Below, in pieces: positions 27,849-41,229 of a stretch of DNA of 64,000 bases (positions are counted from its first letter, which is position 1; each line of letters opens with the position of its first letter). The stretch is from Chlorokybus atmophyticus (Eukaryota; Plantae; Mesostigma and Chlorokybus algae). Below the pieces are notes generated by a model, which was given only the letters and a program-made list of their open reading frames with translations, was not told where the DNA came from and did not search any database. The stretch lies in the NCBI GenBank assembly GCA_009103225.1, contig RHPI01002503.1, positions 52,697 through 116,696 on the forward strand, read 5' to 3'. Position numbers and translations under genes: made by a program.

Positions 27849-29482
27849 TCAACCCGTTATCATCGTGCCAACCCCGGTGGTAGTCAGAAGCTCCAGCAAC
27901 AAAGAGTGAGGCATCCGACCATCGATGATGTGCGTGGCTCGCACTCCCTGAGCGAGAGAGCGAATGCAGCACTCCACCTTGGGGATCATGCCGCCGCTGA
28001 TCACGCCCTCATTGATCAACTCATGTGCGCCCTCGATGCGCATCTCCCGCACAATTGACGACAGATCACTGGGATCCCTCATGACGCCGGGCACGTCCGT
28101 CATGAGAATCAGCTTCTCCGCGCACAAGGCTGCTGCCAGCTCGCCGGCCGCGATGTCCGCGTTCAGGTTGAGAGGCTGCCCCTGGTCGTCACACGACACC
28201 GAAGCCACCACGGGTATGTGGCCGGTCGCCACCAGCGAGTTGATCAGCTTGGGGTTCACCGCCAACACGTCGCCCACAAATCCCAACGCCTCGTTTTCTT
28301 GCCGCCTGGCCTGTGCGTGATAACAGTATCAGCTGGCTGGATTGCTGGTGCCACAAGAATGTCTCACCATGCAGTCATTAAATTGTGCTGTAGCGCACAC
28401 CGCGGCCTTGCGCATCTTGTCAATGTTGTTCACCGACACAACCAAGCAACTTGCAGGCGCACTCGGTGCATGTTATACAACACTTCAATTCAACAGCTTC
28501 AGCCTGTTGAATGGCGTAAACCTGTCTTGTATCAAGCCACTGCAGGCCTTCAGCATACCTTGATCAGTCGTCCATCAGTGCCGCAAATGCCAACAGCATT
28601 GCCTCCTGCCTGGTGAATGAGCGCAACAATGGACTTGTTGACTCGGCCCGTGAGCACCATCTCCACCACCTCCATCGTGGGGCCGTCCGTTACCCGAAGC
28701 CCGTTGAGGAACTTCGCCTCCAACCCGATCTATAAAACCCACAGTCAAGAACATTACACAGGTTCGACTGTGTCAAATCATGGCACGTTGACAACATAGC
28801 CACACGATGAAGACCACAATGTTAGCAAGAAAGAGCAAAGGACCTAAACAGTTTTCACAATTGCAACGACCTATTGCAGTTGTGCCACACCCCAATGATC
28901 ATATTTCCTGGGTACGTGCATGCATGGTAGCAGTAGTGACATGCGCATGGCAAGCGCAAGCAATTGTGTGCAGTACAGCAGACCAAACCAGACCTTGGTG
29001 AGCCATCCGTTGATCTCCGGACCTCCGCCATGCACAAGGACTGGGCGGACGCCGACGAGAGAAAGGAGAACAAGGTCCCTGACCACAAGTGATTTGAGGC
29101 GTGGGTCTTTCATGGCGGCGCCGCCATACTTGACGACGATGGTCTGGCCAGCGAAGCGCTGCAGGTACGGCACGGCTTCCGCCAAGATCCTGACCCTCTC
29201 CTGCAGTGCCGTGACGCTCTCGGCGCCGTCGGTGTCCAGGGGCGACGCTGCGGACGCCGCAGGAGCGGCGGTGGAGGACGAGGAGGAGGACGGGGAGGTG
29301 GACACCGCCCTCACAACGGCAATGCCGCCTCTTATCTTCGGCGTCGCCGCCGCCACCCTCGCCGGTCGCGCCAACCTTACCCCTGGTGATAACCTCCTCG
29401 ATCCTGCTGACGACGTTGACGCCTGTAGCGACGCCCCGGCCCTGACGCTCGCCGCCGCCGCCGTCGCCGCCGTCGTCGCCAT
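27849..29482 (-). CDS. argB: Plastid N-acetylglutamate kinase; 3 exons
   Basis: [75 protein letters not shown] and C-terminal GVGTMITG*. Ala/Ser-rich transit peptide starting MATTAA. Confidence 0.97.
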
Positions 29483-32400
29483 TGCTGCCGTTCGCCTCAC
29501 CGAACTGCAAAGGGTCAAAATAGCAACAAGTTGCTCGCGCCACCCTGGCCTCGTTGTAAGCATCCGTCTTGCGGAATGCCATACGGAATTGCATTCGTAT
29601 CCATGAGAGTGTCGACATTGTTCATTCATGATCATCGATTTTGATGAAACTGTTGCCAAACAACGTGTAGGTCATACATAGGGCCATGCATAAGGTAGAA
29701 CAAAGGGGCCACCAAACAGTGCAACCTGACTAGTAAGCAACTAACAATCAAGCAAAATTAATTACACCGAAAGCAACAAAGCTAACCCCCTACACTATTA
29801 GTGCTGGACTTACCGGTATGTGCGTGGAAGAAGGTAGGGCAGCAGCTACATGTCACTACATAATGGTAGTTGGCGTACATCCTTATCATATATTGCCACA
29901 ACATGTTACACAACATGTGCTAGCATTCAATCTATCAACCAAACATATCATGTTACAGTCGAAATGTGCACATTTTTACACAGCAAAGTGTGTTCCGTAT
30001 TTAACACAGCGCAATATAACATATGATTGCAACATACATAATATATAAACGTAATTGTATGCCTACCTTAAGTTCAATGTGAGCTTATACATATAAACAA
30101 GAGTGCAAGTTGAATTTCATGTGATTAGCGATGTGAACCTACGCATATCAGCTTGCATGCGTTTACGAATCGTACGCATTGATAATAATTTTTCAATTGC
30201 ACCTCATATCATGAATCACAAATTCGCTATGAGCATGTTTTTAATTAGCATCGTGACTTTACCAACCTAATCTGCATTACACATTTGTATTCCTCGACGC
30301 TCGCTAGTTAATTCGCATGATCAACACTTGCTTTATTAAAAAGCTTTGCTTACAGATCTACGCCACATTACACATTCGTGGTTCTAACATCCTCGTGCTT
30401 ATCCTGTACAAGTTCATTGCTAATTAGCGAAGCATGCCTTCCGCGCATGGTTATATCATAAACCAACAACTTTAGGAACGCTGGTACAAAACAGGAAGCA
30501 TTTTATAGCAACTGTAACAGGCCCACACACTATATCTATCGTTGTGTGCGACCTCAGCAGAATGATATTGGATTGCTAGCACGCAACAGCAATACCCATG
30601 CAACAACGAGCAAATGATTGTAAGCGACAAAACGACACCTCCTTCAGTTGACAATGGCATGCAAGTGCTTCAATGTTACAGACTGGGAGAATTTGATGAT
30701 CGGAACGGCGGTCTCATGAGGTATTCTTATCATTATGCACCAACGAATTGCAACGAAATGGACTGTCTACAAATGGACTGTCTATGAAGGTTGGAACTAC
30801 TGCAACATGCATGGTACAATGGTCACTGAAACTAACCATACAAAAAATTAGATAACCAAATACTTGACATGATCTGCATGCTTAAAGACCTTTTGACTAA
30901 AGCAACCTTGAATGGCACGCTGCTTGCGAATGCGAATAGGCCTGGTACGCAGCGATAACTACAAGAGCCTAGCCAAAGCGCATGTGCAAACGAACCAGCA
31001 GCATGTCAACTACTAGTTGGTGACCACCCTTGCGCTCGAGAATTGACTGTGCAGTTCCAGACTAACAAAGCAAGTGACAAGCTCTGTGCATACAATTCGT
31101 GAATACCATTTCTGGTCTTTCATAGTGATGGCTTGCTGCACGCAGCTTGCTGCAATGCTTACTTACATCTGCATTGAATGCTGACACGGTTTTGTGCTCA
31201 ACCCAGCTGTGTGCAGGCAAGCTTGTAGACGACCGCACAATGCAGTCCACCTGTCAGCGCCTGGCTGCACAGTGCTGGTAGCTTGCAGCAAGAAGACTAC
31301 GCTACAAGCTAACTCACGTAACGGACCATAGCTGTTGCAAGATCAGCCAGACAGACCTTGCAAACACGCAAGTAAGAAATGCAACCAGGCATCAGAAATG
31401 GACGCTCGCCTTCTGCGTCTTCGTCCACGCCATGAAGGCCACCTCCTCCATGTACGCCAGGCACCACTACGCCTGATCCGCCTCGGCAGCATCAGTATCG
31501 CCCACCCGTGGCAGCATTGGCCTAGCCATCAATGTCACTGCTACTGTCGCCGCCGCCCGAGTCGAGTAACCAATGCTGTGGCGAATGCGGCGGCAGTGAC
31601 GGTGGTGCATTGCATTGGCTAGCAGACCACGCTGAGTGTTGGCGGGGCGGAGGCGGCGGAGGCGGTGGTGGCGTGCAGCGTTAGTTGAAGTTCAGCTAGA
31701 ATTCGCCGACCGCTGACGGGCTGACATCCAAGTAGCGCTCGTGCGGCTTGCCTTGATGGTCAGTCAGTGTTTGGTGGTGCGCACACAGAGCTGAGACTGC
31801 TGCTGGAAGGTAAGGCCCGTTTGTGGCTGCGTTGCCTTGTGACCTGTGACAGTGCTTGGGACAGGCAGTTTTCTGCTGTTCGCTGGTAGATGGTGTGAGT
31901 AGCAAGCAGCATTGCTGTCGCATGAAAGCGCTGAGACTTCTGCCGTTTATTCACAATGCAATGCGAACCAACTCAGTTCACAAAGTCAGCCGCATTACTG
32001 TGGCCATATCTGAACAACCCGCACCTCAGCATAAGACCTCTGTGCAATTGCGTTGTGCAGAAGCTACTAGTCTAGTGGACAAGTGTGGTATGCTTACACT
32101 GCTGAAGCAGTCTCATAACACAATCACAACTAGCTTGTAACATTGTCGCCACTCACACGTCAAGCAGCTCAAGGCTACTTCAAAACCAATGTGACTTGCA
32201 GCTCAGCACTGAAAGCATATGGACGATGTTTACGCCGCCTTGACGATGTGTCTAGATGTCTTGCTTGTCAAGGTTCAACGCTGTCAACATGCTGGAGCTG
32301 TCGTTGACAGCTCCAGGATGTTCAAAGCGTTGCACCAGCTGTCTCTTGCTGGCATGGGTGGCTTGGCTTCGAACCAATAGCCAATGGGTAAGGTATAAAT

Positions 32401-33029
32401 GTTGATGAACAGCGTACATGGCTGTTGGCAAGCAGTTGGGGTACGTGCTCAGTGTGCGTGGTGTGTGAATGTCCAGGTGTGTCCAGGTGTCGCACAGGCT
32501 TGCTGCTCAGCCTTACAGTGCACAGCTTGGGTAGCAGCCTCCTTGATAGGATGGCGGTTTGTGTCAAAGGTCGTTGCCTATCAGCACTCAAACCTTGGCG
32601 GTTGTCTGGGTGCACGAGGCAGTAGCCAGTGTCTTGGAAAGGGCAACATGAGGCCAATCGTGGTAGAATAGCCAACTTGACAGGGCTCAGCGGTTGCTCA
32701 ATCTGCGCTATGGCGGCAACATGCAGCTTGATGCAGCTGGTGACGCCCGACACAAGGCTGCAAAACAACGCTGGTAAGGCGACACATGCAAAACCGCATT
32801 GGTTCCGCTTGTCAGCTGCAGTATCATACACATCTTATACATCCTTCATGAAGGCGACCTGTCTAACAAGTTCATGTGATGGTTGTGCAAAGGTTTGATA
32901 CTGCATGCGAGGAGAGCGCTTTCACCAGCACTCATTGCTGCTCGCCAAAAGCGCAACACACAGGTGTTCAGGTGAGATGCGAAGATTGCTTGGTGTTCTA
33001 CATGCACACTCATGGGGACTGTTTGCAGT

Positions 33030-34134
33030 TGGCAACGCGTTGCTGTTGAAAGCAAGCAAAGCGATCGTGCTGCTAGTGGCACAACCATTTTGCATGGTAG
33101 CGCGACTCAGCCCGTTCAGGTAAGCTGCTAGGAGTGTGCCTGCTTTGGATTTGCAGTGTCTGATGCATTGTACTGCTATGTGTTGCCACCCACACACCAG
33201 CTGCCACCTCCAAAGAGTAATTCCGGAAAGACGTTACCACCGTGGACAGAGGGTCAACAGCAGGCAGTGCGTCAATTCTGGGGCAAATATGATCTCCCGG
33301 CACGCAAGGTGGATGGGTTGGTAATGATGGGCACGAGGAGAAACTTATTTCGTGATCCCGTAGAACTCGAGCGCCGAATTCAGGCGGTGAGCGGGCTTGC
33401 ATTGAAACGAGCCGCGCCCTTGTTGCTGCTCGTGCTGGTGTTGATCATGCTTGTCATGTTGCCCACCACAGATGCAGAATTTGCTCCCTGGCATCACAGT
33501 TGCGAAGATAGCCACGCCGCAGATGCTGCAACCCGCTCCTGAAACTCTTGAGAGCAATCTTCCGCAGCTGAAGGCGATCTTGAACTTGAGCGACAAGCAG
33601 CTTGCGAGCGTGCTGCACTGCACTCCAGCGCTGCTCAGGATGAGTCCCGAGGCGGTGGCCAGGAGGTTTGCTTTCTGGAAAGCATTCTTGGCAGTGGACA
33701 GCGAGCAGATGACCCGACTGGCGTTGCGCTGCCGCACGCTGCTCCTCCACGAAGACAGCAGCGTGCGCGGTAAGCTGCGCGAGTTCGTGGACACGTTCCA
33801 GTCCTGCAAGCTCGGCGACAGCACCCTCGCCATGCAGCTGTACATGAGCAACCCCAGCGTGGTGGTCAGCTTGTCCTCGGAGCGCATCGAGCACAGACTG
33901 CGCAGACTCGCACGAGACTTTCCCAAAAGCGAGCGAAGCACTTGGCCGGTGACCACCTGGCGCCTGATGGTGCTTTACGGGGACGCTGTGGTGGATCGGT
34001 CGCTGTTCTGCCGCCAACACGGCATCCGCATGACACCCTCCACAGCCCTCAAGATGCCCGCAGTCACGTGGCGTACAAGGTTCCCGGCTTTTGATGAGTG
34101 GCAACAGCAACTTGAGGAGACACGGCGCAGGTAG
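33030..34134 (+). CDS. mTERF-like helical-repeat protein (3' exons; true start unresolved, probably near 32.9 kb)
   Basis: Long last exon (about 33472-34134) with mTERF-like repeats (LESNLPQLKAILNLSDKQLASVLHCTPALLRMS; LYMSNPSVVVSLSSERIEHRL), preceded by two phase-compatible exons. Confidence 0.6.
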
Positions 34135-35854
34135 CTGCGGTTCACTAGCAGATGTCCATGGCCTGATGCATGTTGTATGCCGGGTCACTGTCCTGTGGCC
34201 AATGCGCATGTTCTCTTACCAGGGAGGTCAACACTCAATCTTTTGCGACTGGTGAAGTCCTCAATGGAGACTTGCCCCCTGGAAGAACTGAACTAAAGGG
34301 CAGCATAGCTGCATTGCCTGCTGGTGGTCTGGCTGTACAGCCATCACATGCCCAAACTACTGCATGAGCTCCACAATCCTGGGCTTGTGTCTGTGGCTTA
34401 TCAAAGATTGATAAAGACAAAGGTGCGATATTGATTGTTTAACGGTAACTGTAAACAGTTTCCACTTCGTGCATCTGTGTACACGTCTACCCTAGCCAAC
34501 TTTGCTCAGTCAAAAGATGCTACAAGTATGCTGGGTGAACATCATCTCACATGTAGTTGGAAGTGCATGCCGTAAGTATTGACTTGCGTTGCTGTGGACT
34601 GTCCTCCAAGTATGGTTGGTCATGCATTGCTGCTGACAGCTTGGTATCAAACAGTTGGTGCGTGCATGATGAGTTGCTTGAGGACTGTTTTCTCTGGCGT
34701 GGACACCCCTTAACCACCACCAGTGTGCAATGTGCTTATGCTGCTGCCCTATTGCAGGTTGGCTGCAAGGCTGCCACCTGGGGCCGATGGCGGATAGACA
34801 CGGCTGACACCAGGTGGCATGGGCTTTGGCATGTGATACTCGCTTGGTAAGTCAACACAACATGACAACGGCAGCAGCAGTGATTGACTATCTGCATGGG
34901 CTTGTAGCTGCTAAGCTGCTTGCCTAAGAAAAAAAACGAATGGCTGTATTGCACAGCAGGGCCCAGTAAGCACAAGGCAGCGTGCAATAAACATGACACA
35001 AGCATACTGGGTGGGGGGGCCCACTACACTAGGACTAAGTGCACTAGTTATAGACCAGAGGGAGCAGGGGAAGGGCAAGGAGTGGGCAAGGCAGGGGGTA
35101 GAGGATCACCTGCCAGCACCGTGCAGGAGGCTAGTCTGGCAAGGCTAGCGTTGGCTTTGCACTCAATATATAACAGATGAGCAGACATGGTGAAAAACAA
35201 AGGCATGCTTACAAGAATGAGTGCTGCCAAGCTTCGTGTGCAGCATTTTTATGTCGTCACAACTAGTACAGCCCAGTGAACAGCAGTGCAGTGTTAAGAC
35301 ATGCATAGCAACTTATAGCCTGATCCCTTCACGGCTGCTGTGGACCTGACAGTACAGGAGCTGGGCTGCTTGAACACGCATTGAGGAGACGCGTGCAGCC
35401 AGTGCATAGAGCGTTGTGGCAATATGAGTGTTCGATGCAGTCACGCAGTAGTACTAGCTGAAGGTCACTGCCGCCTCCTTGGTACACGTGCAACTGGTAC
35501 CCATCACTTTCATGTGTCGCCTTCTTCATCAGCCGCATGAGGTGTGCTGACAGAGTGCTGGTCGTGGCGCACCAGCAACAATCACAATTCTGATCAGCTG
35601 CGGCCGTGCTACCATACGATGACAGCATAAACGATTGCAAATAAGGAAGTACTGGCAATGCGGCAATGCCACGCTCTGACCCGCTTATATGTCAACATAC
35701 GGCACGCATATGTGCAAGGGGTGACAGCACCATGGTTGAAGCGGCGACACGAATTGTTGTTGTTGATCAGCACGCTGCCCCAAGAATGCTCGAGGGTTGT
35801 GGTGAACAAGGATTGCTCAATCCTTGCTGCTACCAATGTAAGCATCAACACATC

Positions 35855-38800
35855 TTATCGTGCGCGCATGAGGGTGTCGGTGTGCACCGTGTGCGCTGCC
35901 ACTTCCGCCTCTTCCCACAGCATCGGCTTGTACCGCCCCTCCGCCCACATCTCCGTCTGATCACGGTAATGCCGGCTGCCGTACTGCCCGCTCTGACCTA
36001 TTGGCAACACGCTCCTGCAAGCGCTCCAGTTGCCAACATCCAACACCTGCGCCAACGCATACACGTTCGGCTTGAGCATCATGGTGGGTGTCAACGACAG
36101 CACATCTAACACAGTACAATACCCAAACCTGACAACATACCTGCCGGTAGGAGGCGACTGAATTTGCCACGAATGTCATATCTGCTGAGTAGGCTGCCTG
36201 CTGCGGCGTGTTTGTGTCCTGCCAAACGTCGATGCTATGAGCACATGACCTTGGGGTGGGCACACACACACATGCACAAGCACATACTCGGGGAAGTGCG
36301 TGCGGTCAACTTACCCCTCCATACGCAAAGGTGGGCACATCGAGCATGGAACAGCCTAGTGTGCTGCTGAACGGATGCCGGAACTGTTGATACCAATGGC
36401 ATGCATCAGCAAACAAGCTTCTATAATCCCTCAACCAACAATCTGCTCGCATAGATGCTCACCTGGCAGGTATGAAGGCGGCCCCATTGCCACATGTTCA
36501 TGTCGGGCCCGAGCGTTTTGCATAGGTGTTGCACCGCGTCGCGCAAAGACTTCTTCAGCAACGCTGCGCGCCCGCCGGCCGTCTTGGCCCACCAAGAATC
36601 GGGGTTGGACAGGATGCGAAGCACTGTGCCATGTATGTGGCCCTGCAAAGCATGGCGCATCAGTACAGCAGAACCACGCACATGACCGCGCATGTTGGCA
36701 TTGGAGGCAATGTTTGGTCAATCCGACAAACTGCTACACCAACAGTACCTGAAACTCATTGATCTTCTTGATGGCAGGATGCATGCCGTCGCCCTGCAAC
36801 TGCTGCACGTGCGTGCCATGCTGGAGCGCAGACTCCAATCCAGAAACAAGCAGGTTCTGGACTACATACGTATGCAACACCTGCGCGTGGCATGAAAAAA
36901 CACATACACACGCATCAAGCAGGCTCGCAAAACAACGCATGGCCACATATGCGTGCCTTGACGACCTTACTTCATAGAGACAGCCGGGCACGCTTTCCAC
37001 ATCCAGCTGGCCGTCCCACTTCATGAGTCTCTCCCACGCTTCCCGCACAAGCTGCTCTTCGCTGCTCTCCTCAATCTTGTCTTCCTCTTGTTGCTCCCAC
37101 TGCGTGCTCACGCCTCGGCACGCGTCGAGGAAGGCCAGCCCCGCTAGCGTGCGCACATTCACCTGCAGCGCCTCCGACTGCTGCAACGTGTGCGTGGACG
37201 ACTCGCGGGACGCGAGGTCCTGCTCTATCCCGCGCGCACGCCACGGATCCTGCGTGGGAGTATCACATCATTGTTACTTTCTTTGCATAAGGCAATGATG
37301 CTCTTGATCCTACCTTCCACACGTGCCCGAGGTAGTGCGGGTACTCGTTGTCAATGGCGCGGTGGTTGGCGTTGTGTATGCGGCCCTCTGGCGGGTTGAG
37401 CGCGTGCGGCATCTCGTCCCATGACACAAAGCCCTTCCAGTCGTGCTCACCTGTCCAGCCCGGCAACACCGCCTGCTCCAAACCTCTGCAAACACACATA
37501 ACAACTTCAACATTAATGCTCCCCTTTGCACAAGCGCGCACACCGGCCACATGCACATGCACATATGCATGCGCATCCACATACACGTATACACAGATGC
37601 GCTCTCACCCACCCACCCACCCACCTACATCCACCCACCCACCCACCTGGCATACTTCCGCACCGGCACCGATCCCGTCAAGGCCCACGCGATGTTGTTG
37701 TCCACATCCGCATAGCAGAAGTTGAGAGGCGGCGCCGTGATGAGCGCCATGGCGTCTCTGAACTCCTGCGGGTTGCGGCAGTAGGCCAACTTCTTGACAG
37801 CGGGGATGAGGTGCAGATTGGGAGAAAGAGTCGTGGAGCAGAGCGCCAAGCGAACAACGCGGGGAGATTTGTTGATCTCACTGCAGAAGTATGGAGTTCA
37901 GTCATGCATGTGTGCTCGCAGAGTTCTGATCAATTTGCTGCAATTGGACGTGCCAAGCATTGCAAGTGCACAGGTTATGAGTCGTGCCGTGGATGCGGTT
38001 AAAACCACTCACTTTGTGTTGGTGTTGAGGTTTGCAGTGACTCTCTTTAAGTTTGCGCTCAAGTTCAACAAAGAGCTGTCATCAATGATCGGCCCGTGGA
38101 CAGTTTCAATGACGTGCATTGTCTGCGCTGGGGCACCTTCAGCACACACAGCATCACAACTTGCTTGTCACCTGCACGCATACACGCCGAACCTCAAACC
38201 TGAAACTTGCCTTTGATCAGTATCCTCTCCTTGCGAACGCTCGCCTCAAGCAGCTCGCCTTTGTGAAGGTATGTACGGGGTATGCCGAGCCGCGGGTCCA
38301 CATCTCCAGTAAAAACTTCAGCAAAGACGTCCTCAACATCTGCATGCATACAAGTTTACAACATTGTCTTGTTGCAAGCAAGTACTACACGTGTCTGCTG
38401 ATTGATCATGTTGCCTGTAAAGCCGAGCGTGACTCCCCAGCCAGCGTGCTCGTTGTGACCAACAATGACGCCAGGCACGCCGGCGATGGTCACGCCAGTC
38501 ACGTGAAGCAGTCGCTGTGTTGAGGAAGGTGTACTCGTGGATGGCACCTGCTTCAGATGCGTTTCGTACCACACAACCTGGCCAGTACCAACAGTAAGCA
38601 CACTATTGGCTTCAAAGCAGTACTGTACTGTACGCAGCAATGATGGTGAACTGGCTTTGCAGCAACCTTACCGGGACGGCGACAGCAAGGTGAGGATCGT
38701 TGGCGAGTATCGGACGCTTCGTGTCGGTCCGATCGCCGGAGATCACCCACCTGCACGCAGCACGCGCACAAAAGAACTGATTACAGTTGATAAGCATACA

Positions 38801-40804
38801 TGCTAATCGCACACAGAGCTGAAGACACCAATCGCTGTTCGTAACGCCTAGCATTGTAATGCCAACTCTGCGGCTTGCATGTCTGTGCGCGCGTGTGTGC
38901 ATGCATGTGTGAGCGCGCGATATCTAATGCCAGCTGTATCATGCAGTATTATGCTACAGTCGTCACCAACTCTTACCAGTTCGATCCCTGTTCTCGGGGT
39001 GGTTGAGTCGCCCCCATCGCCCCGTCCAGCACCTCCATGGGAACCTCGTCAGGGACTGCCGAGCCGATGTCGCGCAATGCGTCGGACTCTGCACCCTCCG
39101 CCAGACCCCACTCCACCGCCGCCGCGGGGCCGAGGAGCTGGATCAATTCCTGGCGGAGAACTGCGGGGCAGAACTGTATCAAGTACATCAGTGTCCCAAC
39201 TATCTTTGTCTGAAATCAAAGCGGCTGAAGCTGTTGCACAACACGATGAAGCTTACTGGTGCTCTGAAAGCCGAATGTCATCTGCAAAGGAAGAGAACCA
39301 AATCAGTTCCATGTGGGAACATAACACGCACACATGCACGTACACATAGACGCGCATGCGCACACGCACACGTGCGCACAGAGATAGCATATTTGATGTA
39401 CTCAATGCGACCAACCACTAAGCCCTGCTCCTGACCTGGAAGCACAGCAGGCGGCAGGCGGTCAACACATCCACAACACTCCACGGTTCCAGCTTCCGCA
39501 CGGACATGGCGCGTAGCTCCCACGGCAGAGCGCGCGCCTCCTGGATGAACGCGTTCACGCCCGCGACGTACGACTCGAGCAGATCCAAGTCATCCGGGAG
39601 GCCATCATCGATGGAATCGGAGGAGGCTTGAGACTTGTTCTTGGTCTTCAAGTGATCATAGTCCTGCTCAGCTAGACGGCGCCAGCCCAATGTACGAGCG
39701 AAGCGATCCATTCCAACAGCAGATGGACCTGTCACAAGGCGCACACGCACAATGACAATGCTGAACGAGTCATTTGCATTCCCATAGGCAAGCAACACTG
39801 AGGTGTAGCGCTGTCATGGCATTCCAAAGCAATGCAAGCAATGTTGGCTTTGTGCGTGTGAAGTGATCATACACGACACTTGACATGAGCACAACAACAC
39901 CCTACCTCTCAATTCACTAATTCGTCCTTGTCCCAGTCTCCTCATAATCTCCATCTGGAACAGTCGATCCCTCGCGTGGCACCATCCCTGCGCCGCGATC
40001 ACGTCCCCCGCGCTCTCCCCTTCCACGTGCGGTACGCCCCATGCGTCCCAGGCCACGCGGACGCTGCGACCGCGGAGACAAGACGACACGCGGTGGGTGC
40101 TGTCGCCGGAGACGGGGAGGGCGGCCCAAGCCCACCATGGAACCAGCACAGACCTGTGCGTGTACATTGGGAGTGTTGTTGGTGTTGTGAATGTGCTGTG
40201 GCTGGGCGCATGTTGTGTATAGCACTGCCAGCAAGCAATAGAGTGTGCATTGTTGTATGGCTGATTGGATGTTGGAATGTTGTAGACATGAGTCCAATAG
40301 ACATTTTCGGTGTTGGGGCAGCGACAGCTACAACTTGGCATCGACTGACTACAGCTTAGTTTGCTGAGGCAACACAGGCGTTCACAGTTGCAGTGGGCTT
40401 TGATCAATACTCGCGCATTGTTCAGTCAACGAAGCAATTCGTCCCAAGCTTTGATGTTAAACAGCAACCACTGATCAATTAAGCTGCAATCTGTCAGCGC
40501 GACTGTCATTCTTGGAGCATGCAAGTTGGCAAGCATGTCCATGCTGGCTTGCGCCTGCATGCACGTCAGCATGACTTGCAACCGAACGGCTGAACGCCTA
40601 ATACGCCTGTCATGAGCCAAAACAAGCAACCGCATTTACAATGCATGCACCCATCCTTCCAGATCAGGCCACACCGCAGCAAGCAGGTGGCGCGCTAGTG
40701 CGTAATTGTTTTGACATGCAAAAGAGACATCCCAACAGAAGAGCAGCGCACCTGGCCAGCCACTGCTTCCCGGCCTCCGCCGCCGAGGACAGCGCCGCCC
40801 CCAT
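35855..40804 (-). CDS. Penicillin amidase / acyl-homoserine-lactone acylase family (peptidase S45, Ntn-hydrolase); at least 13 exons
   Basis: Alpha-chain motif WDAWGVPHVEG...AQGWCHARDRLFQMEIMRRLGQGRISE; beta-chain start GSNW/WVISGDRTDTKRPILANDPHL; TVHGPII; GRIHNANHR; WQWGRLH; LPIGQSGQYGSRHYRDQTEMW. The start MGAALSS (40804) is inferred from a phase-2 splice. Confidence 0.9.
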
Positions 40805-41229
40805 GGTCCCCTCCCCTCGCCGCCCTCACTCGCCTCCACCGCCGCCGCCCACCTCCCTCATGCCGCCCCCAACAACTCTCTGCACCCAAACGCACAACAG
40901 ATCTCCATTCCACTCCATGGTGAGCTGAGCTCGGTGAACCAGTCGCCTGGCTCACTCGGTTCAGTGACTGACTGACTTGCGGTGAAACAGTGACTCGCTG
41001 AGCAGGAGGCACGGTACACTGCCGCGTGTGAGCTAGCGTAAGGCCGGCAAGGAAGCGGCACGCACACCGACTGGTTCAGTAGCGGTACGCACCAGACTGG
41101 ACGCGCACACCAGTGCCTGGGCATTGCGTCAAGGCGGTGGAGGAGGAGGAGGAGGAGCAGGCGGCGGCGGAAGGGTGTGGGAGGGGGATGGGGTTGATCA
41201 TACGGTGAGGCTGGTGGTTGATTGCAACA
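40805..41229. promoter_or_regulatory. Putative compact bidirectional promoter between the acylase (-) and TPST (+)
   Basis: Head-to-head ATGs 425 bp apart. Confidence 0.45.

Noticed and set aside
28899-29618. 239-aa and 228-aa plus-strand ORFs antisense to argB
   Set aside because: Shadow ORFs of a GC-rich coding exon; no independent features.
30756-30785. 15-bp tandem duplication AAATGGACTGTCTA(C/T)
   Set aside because: Two units only; ordinary slippage, not a CRISPR-like array.
33345-34209. 203-aa and 251-aa minus-strand ORFs over the mTERF-like exon
   Set aside because: Antisense shadows of high-GC3 coding sequence.
34200-35800. Short ORFs between the mTERF-like gene and the acylase
   Set aside because: No consistent exon chain or motif; probably convergent 3'UTRs.
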